In this document: in pieces, positions 10,134-22,442 of the stretch
Layout of the letters: each line of letters begins with the position of its first letter
Position numbering within the stretch: the stretch's first letter is position 1
From: Octopus sinensis
Lineage: Eukaryota
Direction of reading: 5' to 3'
Assembly: GCF_006345805.1 (NCBI RefSeq)
Contig: NW_021833373.1
Location: forward strand, 1-31,074
Length of the DNA: 31,074 nucleotides
Notes under the pieces: model-generated
Told to the model about the DNA's origin: nothing
Databases searched by the model: none
Seen by the model: only the letters and a program-made list of their open reading frames with translations
Translations under genes and position numbers: made by a program

Positions 10134-11705
10134 GTATCTATCTATCTATGTGTCTGTCTGTCTGTCTGTCTGTCTGTATGTATGTATGTATGTATGCATG
10201 CATGTATGTATGTATGTATGTATGTATGTATGTATGTATGTATGTATGTATGTATGTATGTATGTATGTGTATATGTTTATATAATTGCTCTCAGAACAT
10301 ACTGAATATTCTATGTTAATATCATTACTAGTCAAACAATCTGGAGGTATTTTACTTTCTCAGTAAAACTGGAATTGTTCACTTCTATATAAACGCGCTG
10401 GCTTAATTTTCCATGTTCGTTTCATTTATATCCAACCCCTTGTGAATAACTGCTACTTCTAGCAGGGTTCTTGGAATCCATCTCCCGTGTATTGGCTGAG
10501 AAGACCCAGAAACATTCAGATGTTCCATAAGCTGAACACACACACACACACAACACACACAACACACACACACACACGCATAAATCTACTACATATGTGG
10601 AAAATCGGTGTGTGTTTGTTTGTGGCATTGTTATCTAACTCCTCCTACGTTGTTTTATTGATTTTAATGAAACTTCACATGTGAGTAAAACTCATGTCTG
10701 GAAACCTCGTGACGTACTTAAATTGTTGAAAACATAGATAATACAGCCCCTGGAAGGGACCTTTATAACTAATTTTTTAAACACCCAAGGGAAATAACCC
10801 ATAGCACCTGTACAATATTTTTAAACACTCAAGGGAAATAACCCATTTCATTGTTTATGTTCGATTACTTTGAATATTGATTTTTTTTAGTGTCCTATTT
10901 CTAATTTTTGTAGACAATATCACTTTTATACTTTATTTGACACGTGAGTAGAACTCATGTCTGGAAATCTCGTGACATACTTAGACTCTTGAAAAAAATC
11001 GATAATAGGGCCCTTCCAATGGATCTTTCCATCTACTACATATTATTAATATTTTATTTAAACAACCCAAGGGAAATAACCCATACCACCTGCAGATTGT
11101 AGCGAAGCGATCAACATTTGATTCTCACGATCAGCCGACCTAATTTTGCATTTCACTACTCACAGTTTTGAACTGCTACACATTATTATTGCACTTCCTT
11201 AATTTGAATCTTAAACCTTGAAGACTTCATTCATACATTTCTATACATACATACTTTTTTGAATGCCCATTACTCCGATAATTCTGCATTTTTACAGTTA
11301 CACTTTTTCCATGACAGTAGATAAATGTTTTATTCCACAACGTATTTGTAGTGGCTTCATGCAGGCATAGCGTGGATTAGATTCTTGATTGCCTAATTTC
11401 ACTTAACACTTCAACAGCGCTTTTCTCACGGTAAAACAATAGTTTTTTCTGTGAATGACAGTTATACATTTCCCAGATGCCTTCGCGAAGCAGAATAATG
11501 TCTTTGCCTCTCGCCAACCTCCGAAAACTTCTCTCACCAGCCTCCAACAATCTCTCCATCCTTCAGCTGGTAGTTTTTTGTACTTTTTCGTGACGGAAAA
11601 TACACCTTTCGTGGCAGTTATAACGGAATTGCTTTCTTATATCAGAGTAATAAGGCGTTTCAATAGAACATCTTTACCTCCGGGAATTACCGGGTACACC
11701 AGCTA

Positions 11706-11706
<1 letters not shown>
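9500..11706. repeat. right arm of the inverted duplication (homology resumes at 12557-12654 after Helitron insertions)
   Basis: Reverse complement of 6283-8569. Confidence 0.95.
10585..11706 (+). mobile_element. non-autonomous Helitron family 1, copy 2
   Basis: A|TC start at 10585, hairpin at 11680-11693, CTAG|T at 11703-11706. Confidence 0.8.
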
Positions 11707-11750
<44 letters not shown>

Positions 11751-11755
<5 letters not shown>

Positions 11756-12123
11756 GGCAGTTTGTCTGTGCGTGTTTCTGTGTGTCTGTTTGCTTGTACC
11801 CTCACCCTAACCACCGCTTTCAACCGATTCTGATGAAACTTGACACACACATAGCCCAATGTCATAATTCAAAACTAACGCAGCGAAAATTTTGAAAAGT
11901 TCCCCCAGTTCTGAAAAAAATCGATAAATTCGACATGGGGTCGAGAATCAGAAACACAAACCACAAACTGTCTAGGGGACGCAACTCCACCTTTTTTAAA
12001 TCTCAAAAAAAAAATTTACCATCATTTTTTTCCATTTTTTGCTATTTTTTGGCTATAACTCTCTAAAAATGCTTTATAGTTATTTCCCTTACAAACCTGA
12101 GCAACGCCGGGCGATACTGCTAG
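11751..12123 (+). mobile_element. non-autonomous Helitron family 2 (~370 bp)
   Basis: 3' end CCTGAGCAACGCCGGG hairpin-like motif followed by CTAG|T. The 5' end merges into (TA)n and is followed by GTCTGT repeats and AACCGATTCTGATGAAAC. Confidence 0.75.
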
Positions 12124-12154
<31 letters not shown>

Positions 12155-12162
12155 TATATATA

Positions 12163-12535
12163 TAAACGGCAGTTTGTCTGTGCGTGTTTCTGTGTGTCTG
12201 TTTGCTTGTACCCTCACCCTGACCACGGCTTTCAACCGATTCTGATGAAACTTGACACACACATAGCCCAATGTCATAATTCAAATCTAACGCAGCGAAA
12301 ATTTTGAAAAGTTCCCCCAGTTCTGAAAAAAATCGATAAATTCGACATGGGGTCGAGAATCAGAAACACAAACCACAAACTGTCTAGGGGACGCAACTCC
12401 ACCTTTTTTAAATCTCAAAAAAAAATTTAGCATCATTTTTTTCCATTTTTTTGCTATTTTTTGGCTATAACTCTCTAAAAATGCTTTATAGTTATTTCCC
12501 TTACAAACCTGAGCAACGCCGGGCGATACTGCTAG
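12163..12535 (+). mobile_element. non-autonomous Helitron family 2, tandem copy
   Basis: Near-identical to 11751-12123, separated by (TA)n. Confidence 0.75.
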
Positions 12536-12556
12536 TATATATGTATATATATATAT

Positions 12557-12654
12557 ACTTTATTTAAAGTAGCAGAAAATTCAACAAAACCTGTTACTCC
12601 GAGTTTCACGTTCCCGTTCATCGGACAGTTTTTGCTAGAATAGAACCGATATGT
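12557..12654 (-). ncRNA. half-palindrome copy with U4C hammerhead (core 12591-12628)
   Basis: Reverse complement of about 6123-6219. Within the ribozyme core only the stem III loop base differs (A to G). Confidence 0.7.
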
Positions 12655-12797
12655 AAGTAGCTTGCTAAACAACCACATGGTTCCGGGTTCAGCGCCACTG
12701 CGTGGCATTTTGGGCAAGTGTCTTCTGCGATAGCCCCGGGCCGACCAATGCCTTGTGAGTGGATTTGGTAGACGGAAAGTGAAAGAAGCCTGTCGTA

Positions 12798-12844
<47 letters not shown>

Positions 12845-13066
12845 TTGTGTGTCTGTGTTTGTCCCCCTAGCATTGCTTGACAACCGATGCTGGTGTGTTT
12901 ACGTCCCCGTCACTTAGCGGTTCGGCAAAAGAGACCGATAGAATAAGTACTGGGCTTACAAAGAATAAGTCCCGGGGTCGATTTGCTCGACTAAAGGCGG
13001 TGCTCCAGCATGGCCGCAGTCAAATGACTGAAACAAGTAAAAGAGTAAAAGAGAGAGTAAAAGAGT
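12653..13066 (+). mobile_element. SINE family A, 5'-truncated at a rearrangement junction
   Basis: B-box GGGTTCAGCGCC, internal (TA)n/(TG)n, GAGTAAAA tail repeats. Confidence 0.9.
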
Positions 13067-13492
13067 TGACGAAAAATCCTGTGTGAGCACAACCAACCCT
13101 TAGATTAGCTGCCAAGCTAGAAATATATAGCGCATGACATGCAGGAAAAAGCATTGAAAGGATACAATCAGAATCTTTATAGAAGAGGCTTCTGCAGTAG
13201 GAGAAAGGATTGCAGAATATAGGTGTAAATACAATGAAACATAGAAATATTTATACTTTACAGATTAGACCTACGGAAACACAATGTGTTAACAAAGAAA
13301 GTTAACGTAAAAGTTCTTTCCACACACCCAAAAGACCCGAAAATTAAGACAGATTACAGGGGCTGCACGAATAGAGGAAACAAATATAGACACACACACC
13401 ACACACACACACGCACACACACACGCACACACACACACCACACACACACACAACACACACACACACACACACCACACACACACACGCATAAA

Positions 13493-14609
13493 TCTACTGT
13501 ATATGTGGAAAATCGGTGTGTGTTTGTTTGTGGCATTGTTATCTAACTCCTCCTACGTTGTTTTATTGATTTTAATGAAACTTCACATGTGAGTAAAACT
13601 CATGTCTGGAAACCTCGTGACGTACTTAGATTGTTGAAAACATAGATAATACAGCCCCTGGAAGGGACCTTTATAACTAATTTTTTAAACACCCAAGGGA
13701 AATAACCCATAGCACCTGTACAATATTTTTAAACACTCAAGGGAAATAACCCATTTCATTGTTTATGTTCGATTACTTTGATATTGATTTTTTTTAGTGT
13801 CCTATTCTAATTTTGTAGACAATATCACTTTTATACTTTATTTGACACGTGAGTAGAACTCATGTCTGGAAATCTCGTGACATACTTAGACTCTTGAAAA
13901 AAATCGATAATAGGGCCCTTCCAATGGATCTTTCCATCTACTACATATTATTAATATTTTATTTAAACAACCCAAGGAAATAACCATACCACCTGCAGAT
14001 TGTAGCGAAGCGATCAACATTTGATTCTCACGATCAGCCGACCTAATTTTGCATTTCACTACTCACAGTTTGAACTGCTACACATTATTATTGCACTTCC
14101 TTAATTTGAATCTTAAACCTTGAAGACTTCATTCATACATTTCTATACATACATACTTTTTTGAATGCCCATTACTCCGATAATTCTGCATTTTTACAGT
14201 TACACTTTTTCCATGACAGTAGATAAATGTTTTATTCCACAACGTATTTGTAGTGGCTTCATGCAGGCATAGCGTGGATTAGATTCTTGATTGCCTATTT
14301 CACTTAACACTTCAACAGCGCTTTTCTCACGGTTTAAAAACAATAGTTTTTTCTGTGAATGACAGTTATACATTTCCCAGATGCCTTCGCGAAGCAGAAT
14401 AATGTCTTTGCCTCTCGCGAACCTCCGAAAACTTCTCTCACCAGCCTCCAACAATCTCTCCATCCTTCAGCTGGTAGTTTTTTGTACTTTTTCGTGACGG
14501 AAAATACACCTTTCGTGGCAGTTATAACGGAATTGCTTTCTTATATCAGAGTAATAAGGCGTTTCAATAGAACATCTTTACCTCCGGGAATTACCGGGTA
14601 CACCAGCTA

Positions 14610-14610
<1 letters not shown>
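13493..14610 (+). mobile_element. non-autonomous Helitron family 1, copy 3
   Basis: A|TC start at 13493, CTAG|T at 14607-14610. Confidence 0.8.
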
Positions 14611-14650
<40 letters not shown>

Positions 14651-14655
<5 letters not shown>

Positions 14656-15022
14656 GGCAGTTTGTCTGTGCGTGTTTCTGTGTGTCTGTTTGCTTGTACC
14701 CTCACCCTGACCACGGCTTTCAACCGATTCTGATGAAACTTGACACACACATAGCCCAATGTCATAATTCAAAACTAACGCAGCGAAAATTTTGAAAAGT
14801 TCCCCCAGTTCTGAAAAAAATCGATAAATTCGACATGGGGTCGAGAATCAGAAACACAAACCACAAACTGTCTAGGGGACGCAACTCCACCTTTTTTAAA
14901 TCTCAAAAAAAAAATTTAGCATCATTTTTTTCCATTTTTTGCTATTTTTTGGCTATAACTCTCTAAAAATGCTTTATAGTTATTCCCTTACAAACCTGAG
15001 CAACGCCGGGCGATACTGCTAG
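14651..15022 (+). mobile_element. non-autonomous Helitron family 2, copy 3
   Basis: Near-identical to 11751-12123. Confidence 0.75.
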
Positions 15023-15038
15023 TATATATATATAATAT

Positions 15039-15136
15039 ACTTTATTTAAAGTAGCAGAAAATTCAACAAAACCTGTTACTCCGAGTTTCACGTTCCCGTT
15101 CATCGGACAGTTTTTGCTAGAATAGAACCGATATGT
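15039..15136 (-). ncRNA. half-palindrome copy with U4C hammerhead (core 15073-15110)
   Basis: Same as 12557-12654. Confidence 0.7.
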
Positions 15137-15279
15137 AAGTAGCTTGCTAAACAACCACATGGTTCCGGGTTCAGCCCCACTGCGTGGCATTTTGGGCAAG
15201 TGTCTTCTGCGATAGCCCCGGGCCGACCAATGCCTTGTGAGTGGATTTGGTAGACGGAAAGTGAAAGAAGCCTGTCGTA

Positions 15280-15336
<57 letters not shown>

Positions 15337-15557
15337 TTGTGTGTCTGTGTTTGTCCCCCTAGCATTGCTTGACAACCGATGCTGGTGTGTTTACGTCCCC
15401 GTCACTTAGCGGTTCGGCAAAAGAGACCGATAGAATAAGTACTGGGCTTACAAGAATAAGTCCCGGGGTCGATTTGCTCGACTAAAGGCGGTGCTCCAGC
15501 ATGGCCGCAGTCAAATGACTGAAACAAGTAAAAGAGTAAAAGAGAGAGTAAAAGAGT
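15135..15557 (+). mobile_element. SINE family A, duplicated copy
   Basis: Near-identical to 12653-13066. Confidence 0.9.
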
Positions 15558-15911
15558 TGACGAAAAATCCTGTGTGAGCACAACCAACCCTTAGATTAGC
15601 TGCCAAGCTAGAAATATATAGCGCATGACATGCAGGAAAAAGCATTGAAAGGATACAATCAGAATCTTTATAGAAGAGGCTTCTGCAGTAGGAGAAAGGA
15701 TTGCAGAATATAGGTGTAAATACAATGAAACATAGAAATATTTATACTTTACAGATTAGACCTACGGAAACACAATGTGTTAACAAAGAAAGTTAACGTA
15801 AAAGTTCTTTCCACACACCCAAAAGACCCGAAAATTAAGACAGATTACAGGGGCTGCACGAATAGAGGAAACAAATATAGACACACACACACACACACAA
15901 CACACACACAC

Positions 15912-15953
<42 letters not shown>

Positions 15954-16267
15954 CACACACACACACACGCACACACACACACACACGCACACACGCACAC
16001 GCATTCACATACACACACCTAGTTATAAGAATGAATGAAATAACAACACTCTCCTTAACTACAATCTTCCACTACAATAATGCAAAAATAAAGACGAAAT
16101 AAAACTAAACCAACTAAAGTGAACAATTGTACACGCGCACATAACCCTCACACACACACACACAGATGTTCTTATGTGAACAATAAAATAAGCAAAAATG
16201 AATTAAAAACTAAAACTAAAGAAGTTCATTAACTCACACTTTTGCCAGTGAGATATAACGTAACAGC

Positions 16268-16440
16268 ACAGGCGTAGCTATGAGATAAGAAGCTTGCTTC
16301 CCAACCACATGGTTCTGGATTCTGTCCAACAGCGTAGCACCTTAGGCAAGTGTCTTCTACTACAGCCTCAAGCCGACCAAAGCTTTGTGTGTGAATTTGG
16401 TAGACGGAAACTGAAAGAAGTCCGTCGTATATATGTGTGT
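16268..16440 (+). mobile_element. older SINE family A, 5' half
   Basis: GCTTGCTTCCCAACCACATGGTTC...GGCAAGTGTCTTCTAC...TTTGGTAGACGGAAACTGAAAGAAG. Confidence 0.8.
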
Positions 16441-16449
16441 GCATGTGTG

Positions 16450-16904
16450 TTATGGTATGACTGGACTACCAAAGAGCTTTTGACTGCATAGCGCATGAGT
16501 GGAATATCAAGGCACTGGCAATAAGCCAAATTACTACCACCACTAGTAACTGCCGTCCACTACCTGACCAAAAGTTAGTACACTCACTGCTTCATAAAGG
16601 CTACAATGAAGACATCTAATCTGACATCATACACTACCAAAAAGGTATCCTTCAGTGCGATAGCTTGTACTCTCACTGATCCCCAAGTCATAACTATCAC
16701 AGAATACAATAGCTATAGGAGTGAGTGCAACAACATCTCTTATTTTTTCGTTGTTATGATCTGAAGTTGTATAGGCCAAGAATTAACATTAAAAAAAAAG
16801 CTGAATTTATACCCAATTCTCCAAAGAAACTCGAATTAAATTTGGTGAGTCCAAATGTGCATTTATGGAGATAAAACGAAAGAAATTTGTGCTCCCATCC
16901 AAGG

Positions 16905-16935
<31 letters not shown>

Positions 16936-18800
16936 ATCTAGAAATATAACCTCTGCTCTCTGGCCAAAGCTACAATTATCTTAGACAGAGTGAAAAAGAC
17001 AACTTCGACGGACACATCAATAAGAAACCAAGGAATGTCAAGGGAGCAAAAATAAAATATGGCCATCGGAACTCTCAGCTTACAACAAGTATATCGCCCA
17101 CAATACCTTTGCAGTGCATATCGACGCTCACATTTGGCGTTCTTAATTGGTCACTGCAACTCAGTGAGATAGATGTACAAGCTCGCAAACTAATCAGTTG
17201 TCACTGGAAACTTCAGCATCAATGAAGATGTAAACATGCTATACTTTCTACGCAAGGTTGTTGACCGTGGTCTCAAATCTGTGTCGATGTCATATGAAGC
17301 ACGCATTGTGGCATTGAAGCTACACCTGCTGCAAAGAAAAGAGATCGGTAACTATTTTCCCCAAGTTTTTGACCATGAAATCAACAAGATAATTAGGATA
17401 GCTAATGAACTTCAGGAGCGCATGAAATAAGAGTTGATACAGATCTCACCCCAAAGAGCACTGGTAAATTCTATCTATCAACAGAACAAATTAAAGTAGT
17501 GCATCGATATTTGGCACAGAAGATAAAAGTCAGAGAGGGATTTGACCATATCAAGAGATATGCTCTGGGGTACCGGCAAGTTTATGACACCTCACATCGA
17601 AGGATACCTTCATGCCATTCAAGAACAAGAGATCTCCACCAAGTACCTACAGCATAAAATACAGAAAACGTTGACAGACAACAGATGTAGACCGTGCAAA
17701 ACTAAAACTGAAGCCAGCAACCACACTATTGTCAACTGCGAGAGAATGTTCTCTAAATATTATCTTCCTGTAATGCATGATGCGCTGGCCAGAGCAGTCA
17801 GGAACAAGATAACAAAAAATGAAAAAAATATCTACAGATGAAGTTGACTATATTGAGACCATCGGTGAAACTTAGAAATTAAAACAGCCACCAGGTTAAA
17901 ACATAACATAATGTTGTGTGGGACCACAAGAAAAATAGCTTTGTTGCGGAAATCAGCAGCCCTCTGAACACCAACGTGATCAGAATGCAGAAGAAAGAAG
18001 TGGATATCTATGGACCACAGTAAAGAGTTTGCAAATTCAGTATCCAAGATACACTTTCAGCTTCATACCTATAATTATTTATTTAAATTTTTGGCACAAG
18101 GCCAGCAATTTCGAAGAAGGGGCTAAGTTGATCGCATCGACTGTAGTACTCAACTGGTACTTATTTTATCGCCCCAAAAAGGATCAAAGGCAAAGTTGAC
18201 CTCGGTAGAATTTGAGCTCAACATGAAGACGGACGAAATACCTATTTCTTTACTACACACAGAGGAGACAAACAAGAACAGACAAATGGAATAAGTCGAT
18301 TATATCGACCCCAGTGCGTAACTGGTACTTATTTAATCGACCCCGAAAGGATGAAAGGCAAAGTCGACCTCGACGGAATTTGAACTCAGAACGTAGCGGC
18401 AGACGAAATACCTATTTCTTTATTACCCACAAGGGGCTAAACACAGAGGAGACAAACAAGGACAGACAAACGGATTAAGTCGATTACATCGACTCCAGGG
18501 CGTAACTGGTACTTAATTTATCGACCCCGAAAGGATGAAAGGCAAAGTTCGGCGTCGGCGGAATTTGAACTCAGAACGTAACGGCAGACGAAATACGGCT
18601 ACGCATTTCGCCCGGCGTGCTAACAATTCAGGCACCTCGCTATCATGCTTCACACCTATAATTATTGGAAGCAACTTGATACTTACCAACCCGTCTGGAG
18701 CAAAGTATGACTGCACTTGGATTTTTAGGGAAGGAAGGCAACTCCTTAATTAATAGACAGCATATGATATCTGGGACAACAACGTTCTGTAAGACCTTAA
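16450..18800 (+). pseudogene. decayed R4/Dong-like (RLE-type) non-LTR retrotransposon ORF, interrupted by SINEs
   Basis: RT motifs KGILQCDSL (~16641), FFV/DLKLY, KFGESKCA, IWPSELSAYNK..AHNTFAV, LYFLRK..DRGLKSV. EGYLHAIQEQEISTK is followed by the CRPC..TE..NH..VNC zinc knuckle and HD. The endonuclease-region EISSP...FIPIII|G is split by the insertion. Many stops and frameshifts; boundaries approximate. Confidence 0.75.
18080..18646 (-). mobile_element. head-to-tail trimer of SINE family B
   Basis: Units at about 18080-18240, 18241-18410 and 18411-18646. Flanked by the 20-bp direct repeat GCTTCA(T/C)ACCTATAATTATT at 18060-18079 and 18647-18666. Confidence 0.85.
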
Positions 18801-18899
18801 GATTTAAAGGACGACAAACAAAGCAAAATGTTTCCCTTTACAATCTTGCTACCAAACAGGTAACAAGTCAAAATTAACTCTAAATTTAGAAGAGAAAAA

Positions 18900-19210
18900 G
18901 AAAACACACACACATATATATATATATATACACACACAATACATAGATACACACACACGTACAAACATACACACATACATACATAGGTACATTCACATGC
19001 ACATGGACAGAAACATATATACATGAATACATACACAAATATACACATACATATATATATATATACATACAAACATGCATACTTACACATACATAAATAC
19101 ATACATACATTACCATGTCCACCGTGTTAGTTCATTTCCGCCATGTCCGCCATGTTATTAAAAATATCAACTTCTAGATCTCAACAGCAGTTCCTCTCTT
19201 TCTCTCCCTA

Positions 19211-19269
<59 letters not shown>

Positions 19270-19449
19270 CGCTCTTAATGCTTAAACGTCTGTTCCATTC
19301 TCCTCATCCTCCCCCCCCTCTTCGTCCTCTCTATTTTCTTTTTTTCATTCCTCTTTACGTTTACATTAGCCCAGTTGTCTTTCACACCATCTTTGAAACT
19401 GATTTTTCTCTTACTCAGTCCTCTCTTTCGCACGCCATACGTCTCACGT

Positions 19450-19496
<47 letters not shown>

Positions 19497-19735
19497 CTCT
19501 TTTTCTCACTCATTCTCTCTTGTTTTCACTCTTTTTCTTCCTCTCTCGTTTTCCTTCTTTTTATCTTTCTTTCTCTCTCCCCCCTCTCTCTCCTCTCACC
19601 CTCTCTCTATCTATCCATCTATCTAAAAAAATTTTCTTACTCTTTCAAAATCTTTCGGTTCCTCATCCAACTACTACTACTACTAACTACTACTACTACT
19701 ACTACTACTATTACTACTACTACTACTACTACTAT

Positions 19736-19767
<32 letters not shown>

Positions 19768-20760
19768 CTACTACTACTACTACTACTGCTGTTGCTGCTA
19801 CTACCACTATTACCAATTCCATCATGGCATCACCACCACCACCACCACCATCATCATCATCATCGTCATCATCATCATCAAAACCATGGTAATGACCACC
19901 AATACACCAACTTCAATACACGCACACACACACACACACACGCACTATGACTGAGCTACTGACTCCAACAACTTCGTGGCCACCACCCACAACTCCCCAC
20001 TCATCACCTATCAACTTGACCCCAGGAAGTCGTTGGTGGAGATGTCACAAAAATGTTTGTGTTTGTATAAGAGTGTTCAAGCATCTGTGTATATATATGT
20101 ATGCGTTCACACATTTCTCTGTAAGTGTGTCCGCGTGTGTTTATGTGTATATGTATGTGTGTGTGCCTGCGCATTTGTGTGCATGTTTATGTCTGCCTGT
20201 GCATGCTTATGTGTCTATTCATTTGTGTGTATGTCTATGTCTATACGTGTGTTCTTGCGTGTCTCTGTGTGTATGCATCCACGACTTTGTAGGTTTGTGT
20301 GCATACATGCGTGAGTATGTGTATGTGTCGGTCTGTGTATGCGTTTCTAAGTCTGCTGGTCTACATCTGAGTGCTCTTGTGTGTATGGATGAGTGTGTGA
20401 GTGCGTGTTCTGTCTCAGCAGTGGCCATGTGTCTAATCTCATCCCCGTATTCCTTACCGACTTCTTAAATTAGCAGTGAGTAGTCGATAACGCGAACACA
20501 CACGCACACATGCACGCGCACGCGCGCACACACACACACACCACACACACACACACGAATACACGCACACACTCACACACATACAAATGCATACAGACGA
20601 ACACATATACACACATACGAACTCACATACACATTCTCACACACACACACACACACACTTGAACGCACAAACACACACGAACCACACACGCACACACACA
20701 CGCGCGCAAACACACAAACACACAAACACGCGCACACGTGCATCTACACATTCGTGCAAA
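18900..20760. repeat. mixed microsatellite and low-complexity block: (CA)n, (CT)n, (ACT)n, (ACC)n, (ATC)n, decayed (TG)n
   Basis: Read directly, e.g. (CT)n 19200-19270 and (ACT)n 19670-19790. Confidence 0.9.
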
Positions 20761-20779
20761 TGGGTAATGACACATACGT

Positions 20780-21010
20780 GCAGTGTCGTTAAGAAAATCG
20801 CTTTGCAACCACGTGATTTCGGGCTCCCAACTGCGGCGGCAATGTTATCTACTATAACTCCGGGCTCACCTTATGAGTGAATTTGGTAGGCGGAAACTGC
20901 ATGAAAACCCGATGTGTGTGTGTGTGTGTGTGTGGATACTGAGGCTGCTTTGTTCGATTAAACCCTTCGAAGTGTGACCAAAGCATGACCATTGACCAGT
21001 GAATAAAACA
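20780..21010 (+). mobile_element. highly decayed SINE family A
   Basis: GCAACCACGTGATTTCGGG...TCTACTATAAC...GAGTGAATTTGGTAGGCGGAAACTG. Confidence 0.6.
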
Positions 21011-21062
21011 AATAAAATATATAAGAAAAGATAAAATATATACATATATACAGGGTGCCTAA

Positions 21063-21320
21063 GGCGAGCTGGCAGAATCGTTAGCAAAGGCGGCGAGCTG
21101 GCAGAATCGTTAGCACGTCGGGCGAAATGCTTAGCGGTATTTCGGCTGCCGTGACGTTGTGAGTTCAAATTCCGCCGAGGTCGACTTTGCCTTTCATCCT
21201 TTCGGGGTCGATAAATTAAGTACCAGTTATGCACTGGGGTCGATGTAATCGACTTAATACCTATGTCTGTCCATGTTTGTCCCCTCTATGTTTAGCCCCT
21301 TGTGGGTAATAAAGAAATAG
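21063..21320 (+). mobile_element. SINE family B, full length with duplicated 5' head
   Basis: GGCGAGCTGGCAGAATCGTTAGCA occurs twice, then B-box GAGTTCAAATTCC and tail ...GGTAATAAAGAAATAG. Confidence 0.9.
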
Positions 21321-21430
21321 GTATTTGAGGACAAATTTATTTTTCTAAAAATCGATACTTATCATAAAAGAAAACAACTTTATCGATGACAAAATGTGTT
21401 CATGTAAACTAGATTATTTTCTTTATAATC

Positions 21431-22442
21431 TTATTCAATGTAGTCATCTTCAACATCAGTAACTGCTTCTATGAGAGATCTGAATCGTCTATATGACCGT
21501 AATAAATGGTTTTGGTTCATATCGGACATTACTCTTGCTATGGTGGCTTTCAAAGAATCCTTGGTGTAATGCGGATGTTGATTAACCTCTCTCTCAACAA
21601 CGCTCCACATATAGTAGTCCAATGGATTGTGATCTGGTGAGTTTGGAAGCCAAATGTTAGGAGTTATGCGGTATGAACTTTATCAGCCATCCGTTCTTAA
21701 GTTGTTTGAGCATTATGTGATGGCGCAGATACCTGCTGAAATACGTACGGTATTCCTTCGTGTACTCTGTCTATGCAGGGCTTGACAACTGTTCCTAGGG
21801 CCTCAGTGTATCCTGCAGAATTAATTCTAAGGCTTTGTAGAAAGAAATGAGGAGGTATCACATGTCCGTCATTACAGACAACTCCAAAAGCTATGACAGT
21901 TGTAGGAAATTTTCTATGCATAACTGTTGGAACTTCAAAAGGGTCTGAACATAACCATCTGTCACTTTTCTGTTCATTTTCTGGTCCTGGTCAAAGTTTT
22001 TCTCATCTGAGAAAAACCGAATCATGCCACGTTCTTCTTGGTTTTTAACTTTGTTTTTTTACAACTGTTTAAACAGTTTTCCTTTGTTTTGTTTTATTTT
22101 CTGAGATTAATGAATTGACCTCTCCTCATCACGTAAGACTTGTGCCGGATCTTTCCATGAGCAACATTACTGATTGTCCCTTATGACACATGGGGATCTT
22201 TTGTTATTGACCTTATGAATATTTTGGGGGTTTCTGTCAGTGATTTCCTAAAGTTTGCTGAATAAATTATGGTATTCTAATGGTATCGGAGCGTTAGAAA
22301 TGCTTTTTGTATATCGATCCTGGTTACCTCTGAAGCTTCTAACTCGTTGCAAACAAGATCTCTACATCACTGTGCCCAGCCTTTAAGGCCACAATTACAG
22401 CACGCACCCACTCATTTCTTGGCTATGCTGAAGGTCTGCCAT
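21431..22442 (-). pseudogene. maT/DD37D-like transposase pseudogene
   Basis: FFSDEKNFDQDQK, HRKFPTTVIAFGVVCNDGHVIPPHFF, YVFQQVSAPSH (D to V), ITPNIWLPNSPDHNPLDYYMWS. The spacing between the second and third catalytic positions is 37 residues after correcting one 1-nt deletion. Confidence 0.85.

Larger units (their letters stand above)
10578..15881 (+). repeat. tandem segmental duplication: 10578-13390 and 13486-15881, bounded by (CA)n tracts
   Basis: Both units have the same order: Helitron 1, (TA)n, Helitron 2, half-palindrome, SINE A, unique ~320 bp, (CA)n. Confidence 0.92.

Noticed and set aside
6283-11706. Single giant TIR/foldback transposon or DIRS element
   Set aside because: The arms consist of unrelated repeats (Helitron, microsatellites, RT relic), and the junctions split a SINE, so this is a rearrangement.
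11825-11845. CTGATGAAAC in Helitron family 2 (also near 12243 and 14730) as a hammerhead core
   Set aside because: There is no stem II between CUGAUGA and GAAA and no stem I. It is part of the AACCGATT.TGATGAAA motif of the Helitron.
18080-18646. CRISPR-like or prokaryotic repeat array
   Set aside because: The units are SINE copies without unique spacers, and the context is eukaryotic.
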